This document shows positions 1 to 9,455 of a stretch of 64,000 bases of DNA, piece by piece. How positions within the stretch are numbered: the first letter of the stretch is position 1; every line of letters begins with the position of its first letter. The notes under the pieces are model-generated. The model worked only from the letters and a program-made list of their open reading frames with translations, was not told the origin of the DNA and did not search any database. The DNA is taken from assembly GCA_903842795.1 (NCBI GenBank), contig CAIMNJ010000013.1, forward strand, positions 5,302 through 69,301, written 5' to 3'. The position numbers were made by a program, and so were the translations under genes. The DNA is from an uncultured bacterium. GTDB lineage: Bacteria > Patescibacteriota > Microgenomatia > UBA1400 > PJMF01.

Positions 1-758
1 ATTATCTCTTCAGCATCAGTTTGGATGTTGCCAATAGAACTGATTCCTTCGCAGCAGCTATAAATTTTTCCATCAGACATTAACGAAATTTGATAACAAC
101 CCAAATCTTGTGGCGGAAAGGTTTTTCTGTTTTTCATTAGTTCAATTAATTCTTCTTCATTAAGAAAATTAAAATTTTTAACTGTACCTAAAATATTAGA
201 AATTGGATGGTTTTTTAAATAAGACTTTGGTTTACGAGGGTGGTAAGTAATTAGCATTTCTTGTCCACAAATTTTTTTAAGTTCTTTTTCAAATTTTGGT
301 ATTTCTTTCAAATTTTCTTTAGTGACAATGGAGAAAATTTCTGTGTGAAATCCAAGTGTTAAAGCTTTTTTAAGTAAACTTGTACTCTTATCAAAGTTAC
401 CTGCTCCGCGATTTTGATCATGATAGTCTTTCAATCCATCGAGAGAAATAATCAGGTTGACCATGTTTGGTTTGGTTATTTCTTTCAAGCGATCAATAGT
501 ACCATTGCTGATAATTTGAACAAAGATTTTTTTGGATGTTAGTTCATTGATTAGTTCTGTAAAATAATTCAACAAAAAAACTTCTCCACCACAAAAAGTA
601 ATTGATTCAATCTTTTGCACTTTTTGATAGCGTTGCACAAATTCAAGAATTGCTTTTTTGGAAAGTAAAAATTTGGTTTTTTGAGTGTAACAAATTTTGC
701 AAGCAAGATTACATTTTTCCAAAGGATTAATATAAAGATGTTTGAGAGAATTTTCCAA
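1..758 (-). CDS. Radical SAM protein with probable SPASM/twitch C-terminal region (runs off the left edge; missed by ORF track)
   Basis: Manual translation from TTG at 758 gives LENSLKHLYINPLEKCNLACKICYTQK (CxxxCxxC), then ITFCGGE, and near the window edge GCYQISLMSDGKIYSCCEG. Start codon uncertain. Confidence 0.85.
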   Translation of the reverse strand, partial: MENSLKHLYINPLEKCNLACKICYTQKTKFLLSKKAILEFVQRYQKVQKIESITFCGGEVFLLNYFTELINELTSKKIFVQIISNGTIDRLKEITKPNMVNLIISLDGLKDYHDQNRGAGNFDKSTSLLKKALTLGFHTEIFSIVTKENLKEIPKFEKELKKICGQEMLITYHPRKPKSYLKNHPISNILGTVKNFNFLNEEELIELMKNRKTFPPQDLGCYQISLMSDGKIYSCCEGISSIGNIQTDAEEI

Positions 759-821
759 TTGTTGGTTAATTTTTTTATTTACAAGCACAGGGCTGATTTT
801 ATCACGCTATAATACAAAAAA

Positions 822-1187
822 ATGTTGTACAAGGGAAAAGTTATTAGAGGTTTGGGTAATGGCAAAAGCAAAGCTTTTGCCACTATTAATTTGGATCCAA
901 ATCTTTGGCCAAAAAATTTGGATAAAGGTGTTTACGCATCATTTGTGTTTATAGCTGACCAAAAATATATGGGGGCGCTTTACTTTGGACCAAGAAAAGT
1001 CTTACAACAAGAAGAAGATGTTCTAGAAATTCACTTGCTTAATTTTGATCAGGAAATTTATCGTCAAGAAGTGAGTTTTAGTATAGAAAGGTTTATTAGA
1101 GGTGTGCAGAGTTTTTCTTCTTTTCCATTGATGAAAAAACAGATTGAAAAAGATATTCTGGCGATTAAAAAAGTTTTGTCTAATTAG
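822..1187 (+). CDS. Stand-alone riboflavin kinase (RibF C-terminal-type domain)
   Basis: GKVIRGLGNG..FATIN, GVYA, YFGPR, LEIHLLNFDQEIY, FIRG..F...L.KQI..D follow the flavokinase pattern; PTAN motif diverged to ATIN. Confidence 0.85.
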   Translation: MLYKGKVIRGLGNGKSKAFATINLDPNLWPKNLDKGVYASFVFIADQKYMGALYFGPRKVLQQEEDVLEIHLLNFDQEIYRQEVSFSIERFIRGVQSFSSFPLMKKQIEKDILAIKKVLSN

Positions 1188-1190
1188 TTT

Positions 1191-2081
1191 CTAATCTTTA
1201 TTGCTAATTTTACCCACCTGATACATGGCAAACATCAAAACAGTAGCAGCTAAATATTGGCTAGTTGCCAAGAAGTTTTTATAAACCACCATGTCGATAA
1301 CAATGGCCAATAAGGGTAGAGTTAATTCAAGAATAGTTGCGACTTTGGCTTGAGTTTTTTGCAGACCTTTATAATAAATAATCATTGCCAATAAACCCGT
1401 ACTTAGAGAAATGTAGAGCAAGCTCAAATAATCTTTGGTGGTTAAAACATCAAGTGAAGCTTGTGAACCAAGTAGAAAAACTGCTCCAAAAGCCAAAATG
1501 GTTGCAAAATAAAAGCGCAAAATAGTGGCACTCACGCTATTTTTTAATTGATTCAAAAGTAATTTAGAAAGAGTGGTGCCAAATCCCCAGCAAGCTGCTG
1601 CTCCAAAAGCATAAAGAGCTGCTGTAATAGTTGCTCCGCCCGTGCCAAAGTTAACTTGGCCATTTTTGAAAGTGACGAAAAAAACTGCCACAATTGCTAT
1701 GGTTGCCCATTGTAAATATTTTTTGCTGATCTTTTCTTTGAGAATCAAGCTGGCACTAATGATGGCAAAGAGCGGCTGAATTTTTTGAATGAGAAAAACA
1801 ACGCTGAAAGAAATGTAATTAATTTTCATCAATGCTGTTGTGATAAAAAGTGTTCCTAGTAGACCACCAAATAAAGCTACTACCAAGCTTGTTAGTAATA
1901 ATTTGGAAGTAAATTTTTCTTGTTTCAATTTTTGCACCACAATTGGCAAAAGAATTAAAGAGCCAAGTAGGTGTTCAAAAAAAACAATGGTAACTGGCGG
2001 TAAATGATAAAGACCACGACGGATTATTCCATCTAAAGCCCATAGGGAAGCAGCAAAAACAATTAGTAAAGGACCTGACAT
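1191..2081 (-). CDS. DMT/EamA family transporter
   Basis: About 10 TM helices in two repeats; IQPLFAIISASLILKEK and YYKGLQKT..KVATILEL motifs. Confidence 0.85.
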   Translation of the reverse strand: MSGPLLIVFAASLWALDGIIRRGLYHLPPVTIVFFEHLLGSLILLPIVVQKLKQEKFTSKLLLTSLVVALFGGLLGTLFITTALMKINYISFSVVFLIQKIQPLFAIISASLILKEKISKKYLQWATIAIVAVFFVTFKNGQVNFGTGGATITAALYAFGAAACWGFGTTLSKLLLNQLKNSVSATILRFYFATILAFGAVFLLGSQASLDVLTTKDYLSLLYISLSTGLLAMIIYYKGLQKTQAKVATILELTLPLLAIVIDMVVYKNFLATSQYLAATVLMFAMYQVGKISNKD

Positions 2082-2097
2082 AAGTCCTTTGTTTATA

Positions 2098-2874
2098 TCA
2101 CAGAGTGCTGATTAAAATAAGAGCAATTACAAGGCGATAAATACCAAAATTGGTTAGGGTATTTTTTTGAATAAAACTGATGAACCATTTCAAGACAAAA
2201 AGAGCGACTATAAAAGAAGTAATTGTTCCAACCAGAAGCAAATTAATTTCCTGAGAAGAAATGCTGTTAATTGAATCAAACTTGAGAACGTCCAGGACAG
2301 CAGCACTACAAATAGTTGGCAAAGCAAGTAAAAAAGAATATTTAGCTGCACTGACACGACTTTGCCCAAGAGCCATCATGGTCAACATAACTGAGCCAGA
2401 TCTGGATACTCCAGGAATAACAGCCATAGCTTGACCAATGCCGATAAGAACACTTTGACCCCAACTCAAATCAGCAATTTCTTTATTATTTTTGTTTTTG
2501 TTCTTTTTTAAATATTTTTCGTAAAGAATAAAAACCAAGCCAACTGTTACGAAAGCGCCGATCATTAGCCAATTAGTTTCAAAGAAAAAGTTTTTTATTA
2601 TTGAATGTAGCAAGAATCCAAGAATAGCGGTAGGAATAAAGGACAGAATAAGTTTTTTGATTAGTGACCAATCTGTTAACAATTCTTTGCCATAAACGAA
2701 GAGAACAGCAAGAATGGCTCCAGCTTGGATAAAAACCTCAAATAGTTTGAGGAATTCAGTATTTTCTAGATGAAGTAGTTGTCCAGCAAAAATTAGATGA
2801 AAGGTGGATGAGATTGGTAGAAACTCTGTAAGGCCCTCAACGATGCCAAGAATAAAAGATTGCCAAATGTTCAT
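2098..2874 (-). CDS. uppP: Undecaprenyl-diphosphate phosphatase (BacA/UppP)
   Basis: GIVEGLTEFLPISSTFH and PGVSRSG signature motifs. Confidence 0.95.
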   Translation of the reverse strand: MNIWQSFILGIVEGLTEFLPISSTFHLIFAGQLLHLENTEFLKLFEVFIQAGAILAVLFVYGKELLTDWSLIKKLILSFIPTAILGFLLHSIIKNFFFETNWLMIGAFVTVGLVFILYEKYLKKNKNKNNKEIADLSWGQSVLIGIGQAMAVIPGVSRSGSVMLTMMALGQSRVSAAKYSFLLALPTICSAAVLDVLKFDSINSISSQEINLLLVGTITSFIVALFVLKWFISFIQKNTLTNFGIYRLVIALILISTL

Positions 2875-2936
2875 AGATAATCATTATCTTATCTAAAACT
2901 AATTCTATCAAGTGTTCACGTTAAATATTGGTATTA

Positions 2937-2974
2937 TTGACATATATTTAGCAATCGTGTATTATGACTGCTAA
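2937..2974 (+). promoter_or_regulatory. sigma70 promoter overlapped by a CIRCE (HrcA operator) upstream of hsp20
   Basis: TTGACA (2937-2942), 17 bp, TATTAT (2960-2965). TTAGCAATC-N9-GACTGCTAA at 2948-2974 matches CIRCE TTAGCACTC-N9-GAGTGCTAA with one mismatch per arm. Confidence 0.85.
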
Positions 2975-3099
2975 CGATGTGTTGAAGGATAAATATATAA
3001 TTTATTGTCGCATATCTAATCAATAACTAAGGCAATTTGTATATTTATTATTGTCCTTACACACTTCTAAAAATTAAAAATTATATGAAAGGAGACACT

Positions 3100-3522
3100 A
3101 TGTCGCTAGATTTAGTTTCTAGAAGATTATTTTCATTGCCATCTATTGTTCCATCTATTTGGGACAACAACGATGATTGGTTTAACTCCACCACAACTCA
3201 GTCGGGGTTAACTGTTTCTGAAGATGACAAATTTATTTATGTAGAGGCTGCTCTTCCTGGAATAAACCCAGACAATATTGAGGTTACTTATCAGGATGGA
3301 TATGTTTGGATTAATGGAGAGCAACAACAAGAAGAAAAAGATAAAAATAAAAAATTTTATAGAAAAGCTTCAAGCGCCTTTTCTTATAGAGTTGCTATTC
3401 CAGGTGAAGTTGATTTCAATAAAGAACCTGAAGCAACATATGAAAATGGAATGATGAAGGTAACTTTTGTTAAGTCAGAATTGGAAGGTCCTAAGAAGAT
3501 TACTATCAAAAGAAAACAATAA
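3100..3522 (+). CDS. Hsp20/alpha-crystallin small heat shock protein
   Basis: VEAALPGINPDNIEV, F.YRVAIPGEVD, ATYENGMMKVT; start moved to the ATG after AAAGGAG. Confidence 0.92.
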   Translation: MSLDLVSRRLFSLPSIVPSIWDNNDDWFNSTTTQSGLTVSEDDKFIYVEAALPGINPDNIEVTYQDGYVWINGEQQQEEKDKNKKFYRKASSAFSYRVAIPGEVDFNKEPEATYENGMMKVTFVKSELEGPKKITIKRKQ

Positions 3523-3547
3523 ATCAATTTTCTTTTATAAAATATAG

Positions 3548-3572
3548 TAGAGGCGCCTGAATGGCGCCTCTA
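3548..3572. terminator. Hairpin terminator between convergent hsp20 and tRNA-Ser
   Basis: TAGAGGCGCC-tgaat-GGCGCCTCTA perfect 10-bp stem with AT-rich flanks. Confidence 0.75.
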
Positions 3573-3579
3573 ATTTATG

Positions 3580-3662
3580 CGGAGGTGACAGGATTCGAAC
3601 CTGTGAAGCTGTGAAGCTCTAGTTTTCAAGACTAGCGCAATTGACCACTATGCGACACCTCC
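3580..3662 (-). tRNA. tRNA-Ser(TGA), no encoded CCA
   Basis: GGAGGTG acceptor stem, anticodon arm CTAGT-CT-TGA-AA-ACTAG, long variable arm, GGTTCGAATCC T-arm. Confidence 0.95.
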
Positions 3663-3754
3663 TTGCGGTTGAGCTTATATTTTACAATATATGATGAGAT
3701 TTACAAAACCAACTCTTTCATCCCGACCATTAAATCGTGTATATTAGAAGTCAA

Positions 3755-4405
3755 ATGTTTGAAAAAATTAAGACTGCCCTTTTTGGCAATCAAACTGAAG
3801 AAAAGCTAGGTCCTCCACCAGAGTCAAGTCAGGATCAAACAATTAATTCTTATGACGTTCGTATGCCTGGTCAGGCCAATATGGAGAAGTCTAGAATTGC
3901 TCCAGGTTTTTATAGACCAATTCCAGAAGAAACATTGGTGGAGTGGGATGCTCCAGCTAGGCCATTCAAAAAGCATAATCGCCAATTTTTTAGTACGGTT
4001 TTAATTATCGCAGTCCTAATCTCTTTAATCTTGTTTTTTGCAGGTCAGGTTTTGCCAGTGGCAGTGGTTATTTCAGTGGTTTTCTTGATTTATGTGACTG
4101 CCGTTATTCCACCGCAAAACGTTCACTACAAACTGACCAACTATGGAATTTATGTCGACAAAGAAGCTTTTTCTTGGTTAGTGATGGGTAGATTTTGGTT
4201 TGATGATAAAGCTGGTCAGCGTGTTTTGGAAATTGAACTATACAAATTCCCAGGTCGTTTGACATTTGTCTTAATTGAAGGACAAACTCCAAGAGAGAAA
4301 GATTTGGAAGGCGCTTTATCAGAGATCTTAATCAAAGAAAAACCACAGCTAACAACTTACGAAAAAATTGCTGCCTGGCTCAAAGACAAAATCCCCCTAG
4401 AGTAA
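3755..4405 (+). CDS. Hypothetical membrane protein (two TM helices followed by a soluble domain)
   Basis: W.AP.RPFKK motif, two TM segments, Y.LT.YGI...W....RFW; resembles a common CPR family from memory only. Confidence 0.7.
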   Translation: MFEKIKTALFGNQTEEKLGPPPESSQDQTINSYDVRMPGQANMEKSRIAPGFYRPIPEETLVEWDAPARPFKKHNRQFFSTVLIIAVLISLILFFAGQVLPVAVVISVVFLIYVTAVIPPQNVHYKLTNYGIYVDKEAFSWLVMGRFWFDDKAGQRVLEIELYKFPGRLTFVLIEGQTPREKDLEGALSEILIKEKPQLTTYEKIAAWLKDKIPLE

Positions 4406-4433
4406 TGCACATCATTTTTGCTATGATGATCTT

Positions 4434-4967
4434 ATGATCAAAAACAATGGTTCTATTGAAACTTTAGCAATTGTCAGAAATAAGGAACTGCAGTTGGCAG
4501 TTGTGCTTTCTGGTCTAATTTTTTTTATTCCAGCTTTTGTTCATCAACAACTTTTAACCGGGCCAATTATTAATGCGCTGCTAATTTTATCTTTTCTTTA
4601 TTTGGGCAAAAGCAGAGCTTTTTTTCTAGCCTTGATTCCCAGCACAGTAGCTCTTTCTAGAGGTTTGTTGCCATTAGCTTTGGCTCCAATGGTGCCTTTT
4701 ATTATGATTAGCAATTGTTTATATATTGAGCTTTTTGCCAGTTTGAAATTCAACCAATATATAAAAATATTTTTAGCTTCGGCCGCTAAAGCAATTTTTC
4801 TTTTTGTTATCTCCAAACTTTTGATGGAAAAAATTCTGGTAGCAGCTTTGGCTTCAAAAATTGCCATGATGATGTCTTGGCCACAATTTGCTACAGCTTT
4901 ATTGGGTGGAATTTTGGCATTATTAATTGATTTTTCTTTGAGAAAAAATAAATTAATTACTAAATAA
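4434..4967 (+). CDS. ECF transporter S-component-like membrane protein, first gene of hydrogenase operon
   Basis: 5-6 TM helices; QLLTGPIINALL, PFIMISN and WPQFATALLGG motifs; 5 bp before the next gene. Confidence 0.65.
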   Translation: MIKNNGSIETLAIVRNKELQLAVVLSGLIFFIPAFVHQQLLTGPIINALLILSFLYLGKSRAFFLALIPSTVALSRGLLPLALAPMVPFIMISNCLYIELFASLKFNQYIKIFLASAAKAIFLFVISKLLMEKILVAALASKIAMMMSWPQFATALLGGILALLIDFSLRKNKLITK

Positions 4968-4972
4968 AATCT

Positions 4973-5986
4973 ATGCAGCAGGAAGAATTACTTATTAAGC
5001 TTGAACAAGCCGGAATAGTAGGACGCGGTGGAGCAGCTTTTCCTGCGCATCTCAAATGGAAAAGAATCAAAGACCTAAGTAACCCCAAAAAATATGTGGT
5101 TTGTAATGCCAGTGAAGGAGAAATTGGGGTACAAAAAGATTTTTACATTTTACAAAATTTTTCCGAAGAAGTTTTTAAAGGCATGATGTTGGCAATGGAT
5201 TTCTTGGAAACAAAAGAGGGGTATTTTTACATTAATCGAAACTATTATGAACAACTAAAAAGCAAAATTGATCCTTTGGTAGAACTATTCAAACAAAAAA
5301 GCTACATAATTAATGTTTTTATTGAAGAACCAAGTTATATTGGTGGAGAAACTGGAGCACTATTAAACGCTATTGAAGGCAAAAAAGTTCAACCACGCTT
5401 TGAATCTCCCAGTCCTTCTGTTTTGGGAATTTTTGGTTGTCCAGTGCTTTTGCACAATGTTGAGACCCTTTACGATGTTGCCAGAGTGGCCACTGATAAG
5501 TTTGAGAAAACTCGTTTTTCAACTATTTTAGGAGGAAACAAAAATGGAGTTTATAGAGTTAATGCTGATGAAAAAGTAGCAGAAGTGTTAAGAAAAACCA
5601 ATAATTATCCAGATTTCGATTTCTTTGTCCAAGTTGGCGGAGGAGCCAGTGGAGAAATTTTCACCAAAGAACAGGCAGAAACAGCAACAATTGGTGGTTG
5701 TGGTTCTATAGAAATTTATCCAAGCACTACCACTGACTATGATTTTTTGAGCAAAATTTTTAATTTTTATGAAAAAGAAAGTTGTGGTAAATGCACTCCT
5801 TGTCGTGATGGTTCTTGGCAACTGAAAAAACTTTTGGATGGTCTAGACAAAAAAAGTGAAATTCCATGGCTAGAGATTAAACCAATTATTAAAGTCATGG
5901 AAAAAGGCTCATTCTGTGGTTTGGGCAAATCAATCGTGCCACCAGTCAGAAGTTACGCAAAAAATATTTTAGGAATTGAGGTTTAA
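4973..5986 (+). CDS. Minimal NuoF/HydB-like NAD(H)/FMN-binding subunit
   Basis: GRGGAAFP, CNASEGEIG, YIGGETGALL, NVETL, ESCGKCTPCRDG and SFCGLG ([4Fe-4S]); only 337 aa. Confidence 0.9.
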   Translation: MQQEELLIKLEQAGIVGRGGAAFPAHLKWKRIKDLSNPKKYVVCNASEGEIGVQKDFYILQNFSEEVFKGMMLAMDFLETKEGYFYINRNYYEQLKSKIDPLVELFKQKSYIINVFIEEPSYIGGETGALLNAIEGKKVQPRFESPSPSVLGIFGCPVLLHNVETLYDVARVATDKFEKTRFSTILGGNKNGVYRVNADEKVAEVLRKTNNYPDFDFFVQVGGGASGEIFTKEQAETATIGGCGSIEIYPSTTTDYDFLSKIFNFYEKESCGKCTPCRDGSWQLKKLLDGLDKKSEIPWLEIKPIIKVMEKGSFCGLGKSIVPPVRSYAKNILGIEV

Positions 5987-7717
5987 ATGTCAAAAAAGGT
6001 AACTATTTATATTGATGAGAAACCATATCAGGCAGAAGAAGGCCAAAGTGTTTTGCAATTGGCTTTGGCTAATAAGCTAGATATCCCACATCTTTGTTAC
6101 CACGAAGATCTCAAAATTGAAGCTAACTGTCGTTTATGTTTGGTGGAGCACGAAAATAAAATTGTCACTTCTTGTAATTTAAAAGCTAGTGAAGGTATGA
6201 AAATTAGCACCAAAAATAAAGAGCTAGTAGAAATGCGTCAAGAGAATCTAAAATTACTTCTGGCTTCACATAGCAAAAATTGTCCCAAATGCAAGAAAAA
6301 CCTTCCTTGTCCAGCTTTTGGTTTAATGCAGAAATATGGTGTCACTAGTGATGAATATCAACGTAAAATGTTGGATTTAGCTATTCATAAAATGGTCGGA
6401 GCTGCCGAGCTCGATCCTAATCTTTGTGTGCGCTGTGGCCGCTGTGTCAATTCTTGCGCCGACATTGGCATCAATTTTCTCAAATTAGAAGGCACTAGTT
6501 CAGATAATCATCTGACTTACAACGAAAATCCAAAGGTTGATTGTATTTATTGTGGCCAATGCACCGTTCATTGCCCAGTTAATGCTATTCGTGAAATTAG
6601 CCACTTAGAGCAGGTGGAAGCAGCTTTGGCCGATCCAGATAAAATTCTCATCGCTCAAATGGCCCCTTCGGTGCGTGCTAGTATTGGTGAAGAATTTGGA
6701 CAAGAAGCAGGGCTTAATTTAGAGAAAAAAATGTTTACAGCGCTGCGCCAACTTGGTTTTGAAAAAATCTTTGATGTTAATATGGGAGCAGACATCACCA
6801 CAGTAGTAGAAGCTAAAGAATTAGGTGATCGCTTGCGCAAGAAATTCGCTGGTGAAAAAACAGTTCTCCCAATGTTCACTTCTTGTTGTCCCGGTTGGGT
6901 TAAGTTCTTAGAGTTTTATTATCCAGATTTTATTGATCATCTTACAACTGCTCGCTCACCACACATTCATTCTGGTGGAGCTTATAAAACTTGGTGGGCA
7001 GAAAAAACCGGCACTGATCCAAGCAAAATTATTATGGTTTCCATCATGCCTTGTACCTCTAAAAAATATGAATCAGAAATGGAAAAATTGACCTTTGATT
7101 TTCAAGGCCACAAACTCAAACCCGTAGATTATGTGCTCACCACCAGAGAAATGGCTGCTTTACTCAAGAAAAATAAGATTGATTTACCAAACTTGTCTGA
7201 TAGTGAAGCTGATCGCGAAGGTACTTATTCTGGGGCTGGCGCGATCTATGGTGCTTCTGGTGGCGTGATGGAATCAGCATTGCGTAGCGCTGCTTATCTA
7301 CTCACTGGTAAAGAATTGCCAAAAATTGATTTAGAAGAAGTGCGCGGCATGAAGGGAATTAAGCGAGCCACTATCAAAATTGGTGACAAAGAAGTCAAAG
7401 TGGCAGTAGTTGCTACAGCACGTAATGCTCGCACAGTACTTGAAGAAATCAAACATAAAAAAGCTGACTATGATTATATTGAGTTCATGGCTTGTCCTGG
7501 AGGTTGTATTGGCGGCGGCGGACAGCCGCTCACTGGGACTTTTGCGATCATAAAGAAACGTATTGCTGGTTTGTATTCAATTGATGCCAAAAAAACTGTC
7601 CGCCGCGCCCATGAAAACAAAATTGTTCAGGAATTCTTTAATTATCTAGCAGATAAGCCTTCATTAGCTTCACAAATACTGTATACTAGCTATTCGGCAA
7701 AAAATAAATTTGAATAA
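5987..7717 (+). CDS. hydA: [FeFe]-hydrogenase catalytic subunit, group A (2Fe-2S, His-4Fe-4S, 2x4Fe-4S, H-cluster)
   Basis: H-cluster motifs TSCCPGW, MPCTSKKYE and EFMACPGGCIGGGGQP; N-terminal C..CRLC..C, HxxxCxxCxxxxxC and two CxxCxxCxxxC motifs. Confidence 0.96.
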   Translation: MSKKVTIYIDEKPYQAEEGQSVLQLALANKLDIPHLCYHEDLKIEANCRLCLVEHENKIVTSCNLKASEGMKISTKNKELVEMRQENLKLLLASHSKNCPKCKKNLPCPAFGLMQKYGVTSDEYQRKMLDLAIHKMVGAAELDPNLCVRCGRCVNSCADIGINFLKLEGTSSDNHLTYNENPKVDCIYCGQCTVHCPVNAIREISHLEQVEAALADPDKILIAQMAPSVRASIGEEFGQEAGLNLEKKMFTALRQLGFEKIFDVNMGADITTVVEAKELGDRLRKKFAGEKTVLPMFTSCCPGWVKFLEFYYPDFIDHLTTARSPHIHSGGAYKTWWAEKTGTDPSKIIMVSIMPCTSKKYESEMEKLTFDFQGHKLKPVDYVLTTREMAALLKKNKIDLPNLSDSEADREGTYSGAGAIYGASGGVMESALRSAAYLLTGKELPKIDLEEVRGMKGIKRATIKIGDKEVKVAVVATARNARTVLEEIKHKKADYDYIEFMACPGGCIGGGGQPLTGTFAIIKKRIAGLYSIDAKKTVRRAHENKIVQEFFNYLADKPSLASQILYTSYSAKNKFE

Positions 7718-7721
7718 ACTT

Positions 7722-8756
7722 ATGAAAAAAATTACAGATGGAATTTTAGCTTTTATTAAAAATCGCTACAAACTTTTACTAGTTATTTTAGGTGTATTTT
7801 TTATTGGTTTTATGATCTTGCAGAATAAAGCCAAAAAGCAAATTAAACTGACTTTTGTTTCACCAACTAGAGAAGATATTGTTTCTAGCATTACTATTTC
7901 TGGTCGTATTGATGCGAAAGAGAAGGCTCGTTTACGTTTTATAACTGGAGGTAAATTGGTCTATTTAGGTGCTAAAGAAGGCGATGCGGTTAAGAAATGG
8001 CAAAGTATTGCCACAATTGATCGTAGTGCTTTGCAAAAACAGATGGATCAAACCATGAATGCTTACATGCAAGAAAGAAATAGTTTTGAGAACACTCAAG
8101 ATAATGTTCGCAATCGTGATCTTAGTACCAAAGAAGTCAGAGCATTGGCTGATGAACAATATGATTTAAACAATAAGGTGCTTAGTGTCGAGATTCAAGA
8201 CATTGCGATATCCAACACCACGTTGCGATCTCCATTTGAAGGAGTGTTGACTTCTGCACCAATTGCAGTTCCTGGAACTACTCTTTTGGCCAGCGATTAT
8301 TTTGAAGTGGTTAATCCAAAGAGTTTGATTTTTCACGCCAACATTGATGAGATTGATCTACACAAAATTGCTAAAGGTCAGAGTGCTGAAATAATTTTAG
8401 ATGCTTATGATGGTGAAAAAATTGCCACCCAAGTTTCTTACATTTCCTACACTAGTAGTGAATCAACTAGTGGCACAGTCTTTTTGATTGAGTTTCCACT
8501 TAATGACCAAAATATTGAAAAATATCGCTTGGGTATGAATGGCGATGCGGTGATTAAGTTAGCTGAAAAAAAAGATGTTTTAGTAATCCCAATTGGCGCA
8601 ATCAGCGAGCGTGATGGCAAAACTTTTGTTAATCTCAAAGCAAACAATAAAGAACAAAAAGTGGAAAAAGAAATTAAAGTTGGTTTGGAGAGTGAAGACA
8701 AGATTGAAGTCATTGATGGCTTGACCGAGAATGACCAAGTTGTTTTACCAGAATAA
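7722..8756 (+). CDS. MacA-like periplasmic adaptor (efflux MFP)
   Basis: N-terminal TM, GKLV...AKEGDAVKK, LRSPFEG, IDEIDL..I.KGQ, RLGMNG, GL.ENDQVV. Confidence 0.9.
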   Translation: MKKITDGILAFIKNRYKLLLVILGVFFIGFMILQNKAKKQIKLTFVSPTREDIVSSITISGRIDAKEKARLRFITGGKLVYLGAKEGDAVKKWQSIATIDRSALQKQMDQTMNAYMQERNSFENTQDNVRNRDLSTKEVRALADEQYDLNNKVLSVEIQDIAISNTTLRSPFEGVLTSAPIAVPGTTLLASDYFEVVNPKSLIFHANIDEIDLHKIAKGQSAEIILDAYDGEKIATQVSYISYTSSESTSGTVFLIEFPLNDQNIEKYRLGMNGDAVIKLAEKKDVLVIPIGAISERDGKTFVNLKANNKEQKVEKEIKVGLESEDKIEVIDGLTENDQVVLPE

Positions 8757-8774
8757 TTATCTTAAGTTTTTATT

Positions 8775-9455
8775 ATGTTAAATCTTAAGCGAGTTTCCAA
8801 AAACTATAAAATTGGTGACACTGTCATCAATGCTTTAGATCATGTTTCTTTAAAAGTGGAAGAAAAGGAGTTCGTGGCTATTATGGGGCCATCTGGTTCT
8901 GGTAAATCTACTTTTTTGCAAGTTGCGAGTATGTTGGCTGAACCAAGTGCTGGGGAAATTTTTCTTAATGGTGTAGAGGTTTCTTCCTATAATGAAATTC
9001 AAAGAGCTCGTTTACGCAATAAACAAATTGGATTTATCTTCCAATCCTTTAATTTATTGGCCAGAACATCTGCTTTGGAAAATGTGATGATGCCTTTATT
9101 TTATGCTGGAATCAAAACTGATTCTAATTATGCTATGGATAAGGCTAAGGAAATGCTTGAGCGAGTTGGTTTGGGTGATCGCTTATACAATACTCCAGCT
9201 CAGCTTTCCGGAGGCCAGCAGCAGCGCGTCGCTATCGCTCGCGCCCTTATCAACGATCCAACTCTTATTTTTGCTGATGAGCCAACCGGCAATCTTGATT
9301 CTAAGAGTGGTGAGGATATCAAAAAAATTCTTAAAGAGTTAAATAAAGAGGGTAAAACTATTATTATGGTGACTCACGAAGAAGATGTGGCAGAAATTGC
9401 CAAAAGACAGATTGTTTTTAAAGATGGTAAAGTTTTAAGTGATCATAAATCATGA
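8775..9455 (+). CDS. ABC transporter ATP-binding protein (MacB/LolD type)
   Basis: [44 protein letters not shown]. Confidence 0.95.
   Translation: MLNLKRVSKNYKIGDTVINALDHVSLKVEEKEFVAIMGPSGSGKSTFLQVASMLAEPSAGEIFLNGVEVSSYNEIQRARLRNKQIGFIFQSFNLLARTSALENVMMPLFYAGIKTDSNYAMDKAKEMLERVGLGDRLYNTPAQLSGGQQQRVAIARALINDPTLIFADEPTGNLDSKSGEDIKKILKELNKEGKTIIMVTHEEDVAEIAKRQIVFKDGKVLSDHKS

Noticed and set aside
760-821. FMN riboswitch before the riboflavin kinase (or before the ECF-S-like gene at 4434)
   Set aside because: Both genes start 6-8 nt after a -10 box, leaving no room for a leader.
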